64,000 nucleotides of DNA, from positions 26,538,001-26,602,000 of the forward strand of contig NC_086118.1 of NCBI RefSeq assembly GCF_963921235.1, given 5' to 3'. The DNA comes from Mobula hypostoma (Eukaryota). The notes under the pieces were generated by a model, which was given only the letters and a program-made list of their open reading frames with translations, ran no database searches and was not told where the DNA came from. Shown piece by piece: positions 37,150 to 51,461 of the stretch; the stretch's first letter is position 1; each line of letters starts with the position of its first letter. A program made the position numbers and the translations under genes.

Positions 37150-37890
37150 TCAATGACTGGATAGTGAAGGAGGCATTTGGTATGCTTGTCTTTATTGGCT
37201 GGGGCTAAGAGTACAAGAATTGGGATGTCGTGCTGCAGACGTATCCAATGTTGGTTTGGCTGACCTTGGATTGCTGTGGACTTCGCTGTCACCATATTTA
37301 CAAAAAAGAATGTGGTAGCATTACAAAAATTGCTGGAGAGGTTCACTAGGATTTTGGCTGGAATCGGGGTCTTTTGTTACAAGGTGAAATATGCTAGCTG
37401 GGTTTGTCCTCAGTAGAGTGTCAGACACTGAGGAATGATCTTATAGACCAGGGATTCCCAACCTTTTTTTATGCCACGGACCCCTACCATTAACCGAGGG
37501 GTCCAGGAACCCCAGATTGGAACACCTGGTTATAGAGGTTCATGGGGGTCATGGACAGGGTACATATTCAGAGTCCTTTTCCCTGTGTACAGAAGTCCAA
37601 CACTCAAGGGCATGAGTTTAGGTGAGAAGGGACAAACTTAAGATCTGAGGAGCAGGTCTTTCCCACACACAGAGTACAATAGTAATTTGGAACAAGCTGC
37701 CAGAGGAGATGGGAGAGTTAGATACAATTACAATGTTTAAAAGGCATTTAGACAAGTACCTGGACAGGAAGAAAAAAAGGGTATGTGGGCCTAATGTAGA
37801 CAAACATTGTGGGCAAAGATTGGCATCACAGTTGGACCTGGTGAGTTGGACCAAGAGTCCTTTTTCTGTGTTGTATAGCTGTATGATTCC
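37150..37890 (+). mobile_element. Old CR1 LINE 3' part
   Basis: Similar to other CR1 3' ends; remnant ITMFKRHLDKYLDR. Confidence 0.75.
37449..37528. mobile_element. hAT-Charlie MITE nested in CR1
   Basis: Homologous to 51383-51461; ttataga duplicated on both sides. Confidence 0.75.
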
Positions 37891-39826
37891 ATACTTGGTG
37901 GTCGTCAGATGAAAAGTCAGCAACATGAGACATTAACTGCTTCTCTCTCCACAGCTGCAGTCTGATCTGATGAGTATTTATAACATTTTCTTTTAAATGT
38001 TAGAAGTTTTATCTGTTTGAAGGTTAAGAATACTTTATAGTGTCCCTTTGGAATACCTCTTGTGAACATATCGCTTGTGCATTGTGTGTGCATGACTTGT
38101 AAATGATTATTCCAACTTGAGAAACTGTAAAAATCCAAGACCTAAATATCAATTTCTTGCTATTAGTTTCCAGTATAGTTATCATGAAAATATCTGCAGC
38201 ATTGCTCATCTCTTCAACCTGGACAATACCTTAAGAATACACATTCTTTCCTGCCATTCTCTTCAAAACCAGCTGTTGTAAACATTAATAAGAGAAAATC
38301 TGCCTGATTGAAGTAGTTAACAAATTCTACAAAAACAACAGGTAGGTGTAAAGAAATCATATTTTCATTCATCACCAAGAACCATTTCATCAACTGTGTG
38401 TCTATAAAGTACAAAATAAGAAGAAATTGAGGAAAAAAAAACATTTTTGTGTGCCAAATAGTTTCTCTCCATTTACGTAAACATTATAATTAGCTACTAT
38501 TTTCCTCACTGCTGTACATTTAAAGATTTCTGAAACTCATTAATTGCTTCTTGTTGAAAATCGTAATTAAAACAATGTAAATCTGTAATTACAGACGAAT
38601 CATTGTTAACTGATCACTGTTTGAATTATAGCACTTGTAATTTGCAGAATAAAGAAAGATTCCAATTAAAACGTGCAGAATTTCTATCACTGTGATTGCA
38701 ACTCCTTAGAAAATGCTTCACTAAGCACTCCACCAAATTTCTCAATAAGGCAAGCACAAAGAACTCAGTGTCTTTGATATTCTGCTTGTATCTCAGTCTC
38801 TTTCAAAGAGAATGCTGTACTCCTGCACTAGGTTCTGGGTCAGTACCCTTTGACTTAGCAGACTTAGAAATCATTGCAAACAGAATGGAACAAACTCTTC
38901 AAATTATTTCTTTACAATAGGATCATTTCCAAAAGTTTCCCAAGCAGAAAAATGATCCAAATTTTACCTTGCCACCATTCAATCCAAATTGCTCTTTATT
39001 TCAACCCTTCTTTCGATCATGCAACTGTACAAAATGAATAATGGAAACTTTCTGATTTTAAGCCAGTAAAATGTTGTAAAACACAAAAATCTGAAATAAC
39101 TGCCATTCATAAATGGTACTTTTAACACATTAGTTATTTGCTATTCTTAGTTTATAACATATATTGTAGGAGGGAAGACTAAGAGACTCATCTGTGACAG
39201 TGTAAGTAAGGGTTTTGTTCAGTATTACTAAAAGCAATTTATTCTATAACAGTTGCATCCAAAATAGAGAGGTATAAGTTTATAACGGCAGAATGCAGCA
39301 CACTTTTACTGTAATAAAAAATCTGAGTTTAAGAAATACTGAAAAACGTGACAACATATCTCAGCCACTATCTTTCCATCTGCTATTCTGTTTTCAAGTT
39401 AATATTAACTATCTCCTGAATTGCATCCATTACCCAGAGTTTAGACCTTTAAACTCTGTCGCGCCATGCATTCATTTCCCTTGACCTGGTTATTTAACCT
39501 ATACTTCACAATTTCAATAATAAGAACAGAAACTGTGGAAAATTAATGTTCTTTTATTTCAGCTTTCCAGATGCTGCAATCTCACAATTCCACTGTTATT
39601 GTTCTGGCCACTACATGCGCAGTTCACTCCGTATGAACTTCACTTCCTGTACTTAAGCTTTTTTTATGTCATTTACTGCACAAGTAATTTGGATTTCAAT
39701 TTGAAGCACCCAGTGGAAAGACTTTCGTCTTTATCCCCTCTTAAGTCTTCAATTCGATATGATACTGATCAAATATGTTCACTGTTCTTGGATCTCCGAA
39801 GATGCTCTGCATGTGAACTTGGAATA

Positions 39827-40556
39827 CAGTGGATTCCGGTTAATTAGGACATACCGAGATCAATACATTTTGGCCCAATTAAGCGGCTGCCCCAATTAGC
39901 CAAAGTTTCATGGAAATAGTTGAAAAGTAATAAAAAAGGCAAACTACCATTTAACTGAGCAACAAATAATGTATTTAAATGAAATAGGGAACAAATTAAA
40001 AACTAACAAAGCTACTACAGTACTATAAAACTGTAGTTCCTTATAGTTATCAATGGGGGAATTCATCCAGTACACTGAGGTTTGACTGTAAATGAACAAA
40101 ATCAGTGCAGACACCTAGTGCAGATAATGGACTACCTTCATACAGTACTTTTGATGACTGCATCCTACCAATCTTCATTTTCATTGTAACTTTCAATACC
40201 TCCAAATTCTGGCATTTCCAGGTCCGAATGCTTGAAACCGCAGGGAGCAAAACTGTTCTGAATTGCCTTACTGATTATTTCTCACCAAATATCAGTGAGA
40301 AAATTCACTGCTTTTTGAACACAAACACACGGAACTGGCACTATTTAAAAACCGTACACTCTAAGTAAACGGCCACCCAAGTGCATGTGACTGATGCTAG
40401 CTAGAAGCTTTCAGCAATAGTCTCCAGTCTCAATTAAGTGACATAGTATCTCAAATAAATGAACGAAATGCTGTCTATTTTCTTGATTAGACTTTGTCCT
40501 TTACAATTTGTCCCAAATCAGCAGCTGCCCAGATGAACCAATGGCCTAATCCACTG
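39827..40556 (-). mobile_element. Non-autonomous Tigger element
   Basis: TA|CAGTGGATT...AATCCACTG|TA; reverse-orientation homolog of 5487-6411. Confidence 0.85.
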
Positions 40557-42229
40557 TATATACTTTCTAAAAACGGTAATAACGTTATCAAAAAAGGCAC
40601 ACTGTAGGTGTCACGGCAAAAATGCTGCAGAATATTGTCAGAATCTTTGTCAAAGTGAACTTCAAATGCACTTCTGAAGAGCATGCATTGCACTGGCAGT
40701 AGATCTGGGCTAAAGACATTTGAACCCATCACTGTTACACCAGTGGGCTCTGACCACATAGAAACAGTGTAGAGGGTAATGTATTTACAGTGTATTAGGA
40801 TGCAGTCCACTCGATATGCTTCAAAAAGTTTCCTTTTATATTGTATTGAACATATGTAAGCTAGCTAATAATTTGAATTTTGCATCATAAATAATACTGT
40901 TTAATTTTTTTCTGAAAATGTTTCCAATAAAGAGAACTGAGCAGAACTGAGAGGAGATAATCCACGTGTGAATTAATATTCTGCAATTCTGTTGAATTAA
41001 CTGTGAAGAGTAGCAAAGCAGGAACTCTCACTCAGCAGCTTATTGTGGTGATGTGCAACCATGCTAGGATACAGTGCGGTCTGTCCATGGAATTTTCTCA
41101 TATTCATCATTGTGTTCTCAGCTTGGTGCAGTTAGTTTGTAATCTCAGTCATACAACTGAAGGACAATACCGTTCCCCATTCATCTCCTGGTTTCACCCT
41201 GTTCAGCCATGTCTCACAGAAGAAAAGGGAAATGCAATTCAAAACTGCAGCTGTTCTGATGGCATCACTTAACAAAGAAAGTTAAATGCTTATGATTTTC
41301 AACTGTTACTTTAAGTGTGCTTATTTCTCCAAATATCTCCATTCCATCTGAAGTGTATGCATTCAATTTGGATCTAGTCCCACATTAAATAAAATATTCT
41401 AATACTTCTCTGAAATATTTCAATATGTCTTTGGAATATTCCAACAGTTTTTTGTCTTCCTGCCACCGATCATACAAGATCCCTAGTGGGTATTTGAATG
41501 CTTTTTTCATCTTTCAGTGTTATTGCTTTTAGTAAATTAATCTTTTATTCCATGGTATCACAGTTACACAAAGATTAGTAGACACAGGAGACACATTCAA
41601 GCTGTCAGCACCTACAACCTGATCCTCTCATATTGATTCTACAAACAGGCAGTCTATGTGGTTTTAAAGTAGTTCAAATATTTTTAATGCCAAAAACAAT
41701 CTTTCTCTCAAGCGACAAAATGGAATAGCGTTACAATATCCCCTCAGGTTTCCCTTTGTGCCCAAATCAGGTGCAATTTTTAGCCTTCCTTTCAAGGTTT
41801 GGTTCTCACCAAACCGTTTCTTATTCATATCTAATGGTGGGAAAATCACCACCATTCAGAAAATCAGTTTAATGCTACATTCACGTTGTAAATTCATAAG
41901 AGCAACTGAAGATAAAATATCTGTTCTAAGCATCGAGTTAAATTTAAACAACAAATTTAACTCAAAACTACTAGCTGTTAAACTGAACAGAATTTAATAA
42001 TAGTTAAAACTGAACAGAATTTAATAGTTAAACGATATCAAATCACAAGCCAAGAAGCATAATTAGCTGTCTGTTATAATTCTTGACAGAGATACCATTA
42101 AAATATATCAAGTATCCTCAGGAAGCTTTGAACCAAACAGGGATAACAAGGAGTTAATTGCAAGTCTGAAGAAACCAAATCATACCTCCATACCTCCTCG
42201 TAAAACTGGATTCATAATTCCCTCTATTG

Positions 42230-43265
42230 CAGACACAGTCAGTTTGGATTGTCAACAACATCTCCTCCACAATCATCATCAGCACGGGTGCAATACAAGG
42301 TTGTGTGCTTGGCCCCCTGCTTTACTCACTTTATACTTAGGACTGTGAGGCTAAGTACAGCTCCAGTGCCATATTTAAGTTTGCTGATGACACCACTCTC
42401 GCTGGCTAAGTCAAAGAAGGTGATGAATCAGCATACAGGAGGGAGATCTATCTGGCTGAGTGCTGTCACAACAACAACTTCTCACTCAATGTCAGCAAGA
42501 CCAAGGAGCTGATTATTGACTACGGGAGGAGGAAACCAGAGGTCCACTGCGGGATCAGAGGTGGAGAGGGTCAGCAATTTTAAATTCCTCAGTAGTAAAC
42601 TTTCAGAAGATTGTGAAGATTCGGCATGTCATCTAAAACTCTGACAAACTTCTGTGTGTGTGCAGTGGTGAATATGTTGACTGATTGCATCATGGCCTAG
42701 CATGGGCACACCAATGCCCTTGAATGGAAAAGCCTCCAAAAGTAGTTGCTACGGTCCAGTCCATCATGGGTAAAGCATTCCCAGCCATTGAGCACAACTA
42801 CAAGGAGCATTGTCGCAGGAAAGCACCATCCATTATCAAGAACCCCCACTGTTCATGCCACGCTCTCTTCTCATTGCTACCACTAGGAAGGAGGTACAGG
42901 AACCTCAGGACCCACACCACCAGGTTCAGGAGGTTATTGCCCCTCAGTGATCAGGCTCTTGAACTAGAGGGGATAACCTCACTCAACTTCACTCACCCCA
43001 ACACTGAACTGTTCCCACAATCTGTGGCCTCACTTTCAAGGATTCTTCATCTCATGTTCTCAATATTTATGGTTTTCTTTTACCTTTTTATATTTGCACA
43101 GCGTGTTGTATTTTACACATTAGTTGATTGTCTTGCTACATGGAGTTTTTCACTGATTCTACTATTTCTCTGTATTTAATGTGAATGCCTGAAAGAAAAT
43201 GACATATATCAAAGTACATGGTGACATACAGGTACTTTGTTCATAAATTTACTCTGAACTTTGAA
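42230..43265 (+). mobile_element. Rex1/Babar LINE, 5'-truncated
   Basis: RT remnants IFKFADDT, LNVSKTKELIIDY and CHALFSLLPLGRRYRNLRTHTTRFR; (ACTTTGA)-like tail. Confidence 0.85.
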
Positions 43266-45779
43266 ATGATCAAGAATAAATTGAAAACAGATTTAAAGAG
43301 GAGGGCATTAAAACATCAAGCCTTTCCCATGGAGTTGACTAGAATCTGCAAAGGCTGGTGCAATGGGAAGAGGTCTAACAGGTTCTGCAAACTCCAGGCC
43401 AAATCTGGTAGTTTTTCTTGTATAATCCAAGAATGCGTGGACAAATACAATAAAGATAACAATCATCTCAGTTTCTGAATTTCTCTCACTGAGGACTCAG
43501 GCCCACAATCCAGACTCTGACATCTGACATAGAAACGTGAATAACAAGTTACATTGATTGGTAGCTACAACACCATGGGTCTACTATGTCAAGGTGATCG
43601 AATCTGTTGCAAAAATTAAAGGATTCTCACCAATACGCATCCTGAGCATTATCTGTCATGGAAGTCAAACAAGAGATTTTGAACAAGTAGCAAATGGAAA
43701 AAGATGGCTGCAGGAACAGATGAACAACTATTTTACAGTATCCTAGTCCTCAACCTAAAAATACTTAATGAGTCTTGAACACAGCTACTAAACACAAGAT
43801 CATCTCTAACCCAAAATAATCCTCATTTCCAGAACTAAATCTAAACAACAAAGGCAATAATCCCACATTCTTCACCCCATTTCTCATTTATATTATACCC
43901 AAACGAGGCAAATCAATCAATGTAAACCTGTGATTGGATTAGGAGAAACAATAGATCTGAATTTTGCAGGCAAGATTTTGAATATCGATCTCAATTTAAA
44001 AAATTAACAAACTCATTCAATTTTGTTCACATTTAGACAAATTAACCCATCTAAAAATGGTGAAATAGAATTCCAATTAGAAAAAAAAGAGGTGGACTTG
44101 TTTTATTCGTTATCACCTAGCAGTCCTGGTTACAGCATATTTGGGAAGAAGTAGTTTCTCAACTAATTCCTAAGCTTAATGGTATACAACTTTCTAACAA
44201 AAATTATGGATGAACTGTACTAACCATTGGATTTGTAATAAACAGCAACAAATATGTCAATAGTCACTTCCAACCGATAATATTTGCATATCAGCTGTTT
44301 ATTTGAAATGAATATCCATCTGTTGTTTAAAAAAATAATTCCTGTAGACCATCAGAAGAAACTATTTCAGAGAAAAGGGAGAGATATTTTCTGGTGTAAC
44401 AATTGATACATTTAACAAGTGATTCAATGCATCATGTTCCTGATGGAATTACAGCTGAAGGTCAACCAGCATGCAGATTCTCACCGGAACCAACAGCGGA
44501 GAGGTTACATTTCTTTCACTATACACTAAGCCCATTGAACCTGTGGTTTGGCAATTTTGTCTTGATGTTACTGCAGTTGGATGTTTTAGTGCATTCCCAT
44601 CTCTGAGGAGCATCAAGAACCTGAAGCTCTTTCACAATGATAATGGTCATAACCAGTTGCTCAGTAGACGAGCAGTCGATCCACCTTTGTGTGACCTTGC
44701 TGGACTTGGCTGAACATTGTCAATGGTCACCTCCTATTTTTGGCACCTGAGCAATGTCAATGGCCCAATGACATCCTTCTCTCAATCAGGCCATTGTATA
44801 AAGTGAACATTTCTCCACAGTTGTAGTGAAGCTTTTAAAGAGTCATTTTGCTTTTCGCTTAGACACATCTCAAAGAATTGTTTTTCCAAAACATAAAGCT
44901 TGATACATGTTAGATGAAACAACTGTATCTAATACAGAATATATGCATATTTAAAGATAAACAACAATGGCACAATTCCAGGAACTTGGGTTCAATTCTA
45001 GCCTCTGGCACTGACAGTGTGAAAGTTGCGAATTATCTATGGGTATCCCCCAGGTGCTCCAATTTCTTCTCCTGCTCCAATGACTATGTTAGTTAGTAGG
45101 TTAATAGCTGAACACCCCAAATGTAGGGGAATCACAGGAGTCTGATAGGCATATGAGTGAATAGAGGGAATGAAGTGGATGGACTTGTTTTAAGGGTCAG
45201 CACAAACATGATGGGCCAAATACTCTTCTTCTATGGTGTTATGAAATGTGATTGATGGATATTTTGATTAAAAATCACAAGCGATTTCCAGAGTAGAAGT
45301 GTTGCAAATTTCACACAGCAAAAATTATGCAATAGAAAAGGAAGCCTGATTAAAAATGGAAAAATGTCAGTCACTTTAGAAGGCTTCTTCTACTTTTAGC
45401 AGGATTTAATAGCAATGTCACTCACAATTATACTCCAGTACTGTAAATGTTATCGTAGATAGCTGTTGTTGACACAGTTACATTAAAAACAGCAGATTTC
45501 ACTTTTACAACCAAATATAATAATGCCACCAATATAAGACTTTGTTTTGCACATTTTATAGAATAAGGCACTTTGGCAGGAATGCTCAGTTTTTCTCTGC
45601 ACACTATGAAAAAAGGGGAAATGGTGAAATAAAAGAATTCAGTGTTGGTTCATCCACTTTGTAAAATGCTACGAACAGGAATTAATAGGTCAGTTCAACA
45701 ATGGCACCTACATTGTTGTCAAGTGAATCTGATGTAAAACTGGACTTCTGCAAATCCCAGTAGGTGCTTGATCTTTTAA

Positions 45780-46192
45780 TGGGGTGTAGTTGTGTAGCAG
45801 TTACATCATGAACTTATGTATTAACTACATTACATCTAAGACCTGAACTAATGATCTAGAAGCAGAAGTTCAAATCCCACTGCAGAAACAAGTGCAATTA
45901 AATGTAATTAATTATATAAACCAAAAGTGCAATGTGTGTATCTCTAATAGAAGACATTAAATAATCAGGCTGTTATAAAAAACCAGCCACCACTCTAACT
46001 CCCTTAAGGGAAGGAAATCTACTGTCTGTATCCAGTTTAGCCGACCTGCAACCCTAAACCGACATTAATGTGGTTGATACTTAGCTGCCCTCCAATTTGA
46101 CCAAGCAAGCCAGTGAGTTCAATACCAATCAGAGATGGGCAATAAAGACAGGCCCAACCATCAATGGGCACAATGCATGAAGGAATAATAAA
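45780..46192 (+). mobile_element. Old tRNA-derived SINE with LINE-like tail
   Basis: B-box GTTCAAATCCC, agggaaggaaatct core, gatgggcaataaa tail. Confidence 0.6.
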
Positions 46193-46449
46193 AGGATATA
46201 AAACACAGCAAGTCTCAAATAAAAGTTGCCAACTAAAATGAGCATACTTAAAAAACAATGTTAACAGGCATTGGTTTGGTAATGGTTTGGTGACTGTGGT
46301 GAAAGGACAGAGAGAGATAAGTGTCTCCAGAGCACATCTTAGCAATATAGTATCTGACATAAATTTGACTGCTTTTAGAAAATATTTTGAAAGGTTATTC
46401 TCAGATAATGGCAGGGAAATATTGTCAGGAACAATGTACGAACAAAGTA

Positions 46450-46740
46450 CAGTGGATTCCGGTTAATTGGGACACATCCAAACCATACATTTTAGACCAA
46501 ATAGGCGGCTGCCCCAATTCGCCAAAATTTCATGGAAATAGTTAAAAAGGTATACAAAAGACAAACTACCACCTAACAAAGTAACAAATTATGGATTTAA
46601 ATGAAAACACAGAACAAATTAGTACACTAACAATACTACTACAGTACTATAAAACCATGTATTATCTCCTAATAGTTACCAACAGCGGAATTCATCCAGC
46701 AAACGTTGCTGCGTTCTTTTGATTGAGTGTGAATGAACAA
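46450..46740 (-). mobile_element. Tigger end fragment
   Basis: TA|CAGTGGATTCCGGTTAATT; colinear with 39827-40100. Confidence 0.8.
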
Positions 46741-47229
46741 ATTCTAATCATTAAAGGGGTAATTGGGTTTCTAAATATCAGTTTTTAAATGCACCAGTTC
46801 CTTGAAGATTGTTATTGAGAGGCACTCTTCGGAAACAAGAAGCTCAAATGATCTAGCTCATCTCACCAGTGCCAAATTCATTTGGGTTGCCTACTCAGTA
46901 AAAAAAAAATTGGGCCACATGTAACATGTTACATGTTCTACACTGTAATGCTCTTGTGTTCTTCAGGTGATCAAATTCTACACAATCAGCACCATTGGAG
47001 ACCATGAATACTATAACCAGTCAATTAAGCATGGTTGATGATCATCTCCTTTACATACCATTGTAGATTACAGGAGAATCAAAATCCATTCCGATCAAGT
47101 TCAAAGGTACATTTCAACATTACATTCCTTAATTGTCTTCAATGTGATTTGATTTTAAAGTCTATACACGCACTGGAACTCCTCACAGCATATAAAAAAA
47201 CAAGTTTCTTATTTTCTCAACCTAATGAT

Positions 47230-47660
47230 CTACATGCATTCACTGCTTGCAAGAGGCATGAATATGCATTATAAGTTTCATATCCAAACTCACTTTGCAG
47301 CCAATGAAATATTGGTGAAGTGTAGTCACTACTCTGATATAGGAAGGACTGCAGTCAATTTGCATTCAAAATAGTTTCACAAGCAGTAATGTAATTATGA
47401 ACGGATAAGGAAGAGGCAAATATTGGCATGGGGATTGGAAGCATCGCCCTTGTTACTCTGGATATCAATATGGACTTCTGGATGTCCACCTCATCTCATC
47501 TGAAAGACTGTACCTTGCTTTATACAGATAGTATAAAAAATATGTATCTCAAACAGACATAAGACATATGTACCTTTAATAATAATATATAGTATGCTGA
47601 GATGGCATCAGTAAATCACGGCGATGTTCTGTGGGTCTTGAACTTTGCATGTACTCTCAC
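47230..47660 (-). mobile_element. Old DeuSINE (SacSINE1-like)
   Basis: Minus strand gtctttcagatgagatg..gtggacat core and agtgactacacttca..tcattggctg tail. Confidence 0.6.
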
Positions 47661-49096
47661 TACTGCTATGAACTGTCAACCTAGATATTTGTGCTTAAGT
47701 CTCGAGTGGGACTTCAACTCAGAACATTCTGGCTCAGAATCACAAAGATATGCAGGTTGATTGCTTAATTGACCATTGTAAATTTCCCCTGGTGCGCAAA
47801 ATCTGGGCGGGAGGGAGGAAGAGTGAGAATTGAGAGAGAACAGATAGAAAGGAACACTAGTGGGAAATAGGATTACGCTGCTAGTTTGCATAAATTTAAT
47901 AGGTTGTAATGGCTTCCTTCCCTAGCAGAAGGGAGCATGAATATGAAAGCTTCACCAAGTAACAGGTAACAACATAATAAATAAATAATCTGATCTTGAT
48001 TGCTGAATTAAGCCACTTAACCTGAGTTTCAGAGCGTAGAGGAAGAAATTTATCACAGTCTGACCAGCAACGAGGAGCATCTACTTTACGAAGCAGTGAG
48101 AATTCTCCCCGGGGTAAAGGTGGTTGGGGGCAGGGATTAAATAGAGGTGTTATAAATTAAGAAACGTTTTATGAGAGTAATTTAAGTGAAAGTATCATTG
48201 GTGATGCCGGGGGGGGGGAGAGCTGATAAGAACAAGAGAGTGGTTCAATAAAAATCTTGACTAAACAATGAGAGAAAAAACAAGAAGACACTCGTTACAG
48301 ATCCATATGATCTGGAACACACTGCACTGAAAGTGCCAAGGAAACTCCCATAATTAAATCAAAGTGAATGTCAGTGAAAAGAAAGCAAAACTGGAAAACC
48401 ACGGGGAGAGAGCGCGGGTGTGGAACTAATTGGACAGCTCCGGCACAGACACAAGCAAATGAATCTAATGGCCTCCTCCTGCTCTGTGTAATTCCTTGAC
48501 TGGCAATGTCTGACAAGCAGTTCAACTCCAACTCGTTTCTCAGTTCAGGGTAAGCATGTAAAGCAAGGGGAAAACACAAACAAGGCAAGGTGCAGTGCTA
48601 ATGTAGCAATTAAGGTACCAAATTAGTAATCTATAGATTTAATTAAAACAGTGATTACAGTTTAAAGCCTGCCTCAACAGTTGAGGATTTAAATTAAGTG
48701 CAGTATCGAATAAGGGCTACTGTTCTAGAAGGGGTGCAGAATCAGAGGGACCCGTGCGCACGTGTCGGAGTAAGGGTCATTGCCAATACTAAAGTAAGAT
48801 CATTAAAATAACGGGGCCCAGAACATATCACCCTATAATCCAAGCAGTCCTTTTATTTTACTTGTGCACAAGGAGAAGATCATGGCTCCTGTCACCGACA
48901 CCGTTCTGAAATCTGAAGAGACCGCCTCTATTTTTATACAGAATTGGCTTATCAGTTATGGATATTGACATTTGCAGATTGTATGTGTTTAAATTCCTTC
49001 CTGGCAGCATCAATCGTCATTCACAATAAAGGTGTTAAAAATCAGTCTAAACCGAGCGGAAGTTAGTAAAGACAATACAGCCATACTTGTTGGTTA

Positions 49097-50520
49097 CAAT
49101 AGAGAATAGGTGCAGGAGTAGGCCATTCAGCCCTTTGAGCCAGCATCGCATTTCACTGTGATCATGGCTGATCATCGACAATCAGTGCCCTGTTCCTGCC
49201 TTCTCCCCATATCCCTCGACTCCGCTATCTTTAAGAGCTCTATCTTTCTTGAAAGCATCCAGAGAATTGGCCTCCACTGCCTTCTGAGGCAGAGCATTCC
49301 ACAGATCCACAACCCTCTGTGTGAAAAAGTTTTTCCTCAACTCCGTTCTAAATGGTCTACCCCTTAATCTTAAACTGTGGCCTCTGGCTCTGGACTCCCC
49401 CAACATTAGGAACATGTTTCCTGCCTCTAGCGTGTCCAATCCCTTAATAATCTTATATATTTCAATCAGATCCCCTCTCATCCTTCTAAATTCCAGTGTA
49501 TACAAGCCCAGTCACGCCAATCTTTCAACAAATGACATTCCCGCCATCCCGGGAATTAACCTCGTGAACCTACGCTGCATTCCCTCCATAGCAAGTATGT
49601 CTTTTCTCAAATTTGGAGACCAAAACTGCACACAATACTCCAGGTGGGGTCTCACCAGGGCCCTGTACAACTGCAGAAGGACCTCTTTGCTCCTATACTC
49701 AACTCCCTTTGTTATGAAGGCCAACATGCCATTAGCTTTCTTCACTGCCTGCTGTACCTGTATGCTTACTTTCAGTGACTGATGAACAAGGACACCCAGA
49801 TCTCATTGTACTTCCCCTTTTCCTAACTTGACACCATTCAGATGGTAATCTGCCTTCCTGTTCTTGCCACCAAAGTGGATAACCTCACACTTATCCACAT
49901 TAAACTGCATCTGCCAAGCATCTGCCTACTCACCCAACCTGTCCAAGTCACCCTGTATTCTCATAACATCCTCCTCACATTTCACACTGTCACCCAGCTT
50001 TGTGTCATCTGCAAATTTGCTAATGTTACTTTTAATCCCTTCATCTAAATCATTAATGTATATTGTAAATAGCTGCGGTCCCAGCACCGAGCCTTGCGGT
50101 ACCCCACTAGTCACCACCTGCCATTCTGAAAAGGACCTGTTAATCCCTACTCTGTTTCTTGTCTGCCAACCAATTTTCTATCCATGTCAGTACCCTACCC
50201 CCAATACCATGTTCTCTAATTTTGCCCACTAACTTCCTACGTGGGACCTTATCAAAGGCTTTCTGAAAGTCCAGGTACACTACATCCACTGGCTTTCCCA
50301 TGTCCATTTTCCTAGTTACATCCTCAAAAAATTCCAGAAGATTAGTCAAGCATGATTTCCCCTTGGTAAATTCACGCTGACTCGGACCTATCCTGCTACT
50401 GCTATCCAAATATGCCGCTATTTCATCTTTTATAATTGACTCCAGCATCTTCCCCACCACTGGTGTCAGACTAACTGGTCTACAACTGCCTGTTTTCTCT
50501 CTCCCTCCTTTCTTAAAAAG
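49097..50520 (-). mobile_element. Young CR1 LINE, 5'-truncated (RT to 3' end)
   Basis: KGKSCLTNLLEFFE..YLDFQKAFDKVP, SGVPQGSVLGP..KFADDTKLG, RPHLEYCVQFWSP. Confidence 0.95.
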
Positions 50521-51382
50521 TTACGTTTCACATCCAGCTGTTATCTCATTTGTCTCCAGCACCCCCCACCACCCCCATTGTGTAAAGGAAAGCTATGTTT
50601 TAGGAAGACCTTTCTGTTAGAGGCTCACTACAGAGGCCTCACTCGTTTGGTTTGAGTACACACTCTTGTCTATAGTGAGCAGAGGTATCTCCAGTGGTTT
50701 CACTTCAAAGCTCTTGCTTGACTAGAACTGCCCAAGATTATGTTTGCCTTACTGCAACTTCCACACGTGTACAAATCACTGAAGGTCACAGGGCAAGTTG
50801 GTCGATAAGGTGTACAGAGTTCCAGACCCTGCACACTTTGTCAACAGAGGCTTAGAGCACAAAGAGAGGAAAGTCACGTTGAACCTTTGTAAAACATTAG
50901 TCTTTCCTCAGATGGAATATTGCATTCAGTTCTGATTGCAATAGTTGGATTTGAGGACTCAATTTTGGTTCGGAATGTTGTTGTTTGCTTCGATTGTTTG
51001 CACGATTTTTATCTCTCGTGCATTGACTGTTGTTCTTTTATTTTCATTATTTTTTTCTTTAATTGGATTCTTTTAGGTTTCTTGCTTTGAGGCTACCTGT
51101 GGGCAAACAAATCTCCAGGAAGAAGTAAAGAAATTCAAAGATGGGAAACTGAAGATTAGGAGCAAGTATAACAGCAGAAAAATTAATAAGATGCCAAAAG
51201 TCTGCAATTCTAAAGATCATCTACTCCAGGGAAAATCATTTTTATCCACGTTGATCTAGTGATGGCAGAGAGATATATCAAAACATTGAAGCAGTAGAGG
51301 TTGACAATTTTATCGTACAAGCGGATACACAACAAACTACTAATGTGGAGACACAAGTCAGAATGTCACATATTCTTTAGAT

Positions 51383-51461
51383 CAGGGGTTCCCAACTTTT
51401 TTATGCCATGGACCAACACCATTAGGCAAAGGGTCCATAGACCGCAGGTTGGGAAACCCTG
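51383..51461. mobile_element. 79-bp hAT-Charlie MITE
   Basis: TIRs CAGGGGTTCCCAAC / GTTGGGAAACCCTG; perfect 8-bp TSD CTTTAGAT. Confidence 0.9.

Noticed and set aside
41977..42032. Tandem duplication of gttaaactgaacagaatttaata
   Set aside because: Ordinary local slippage duplication
44400..44460. Minus-strand QEHDAL resembling the USP QHDAL motif
   Set aside because: In-frame stop just upstream and no following EFLLWLLD
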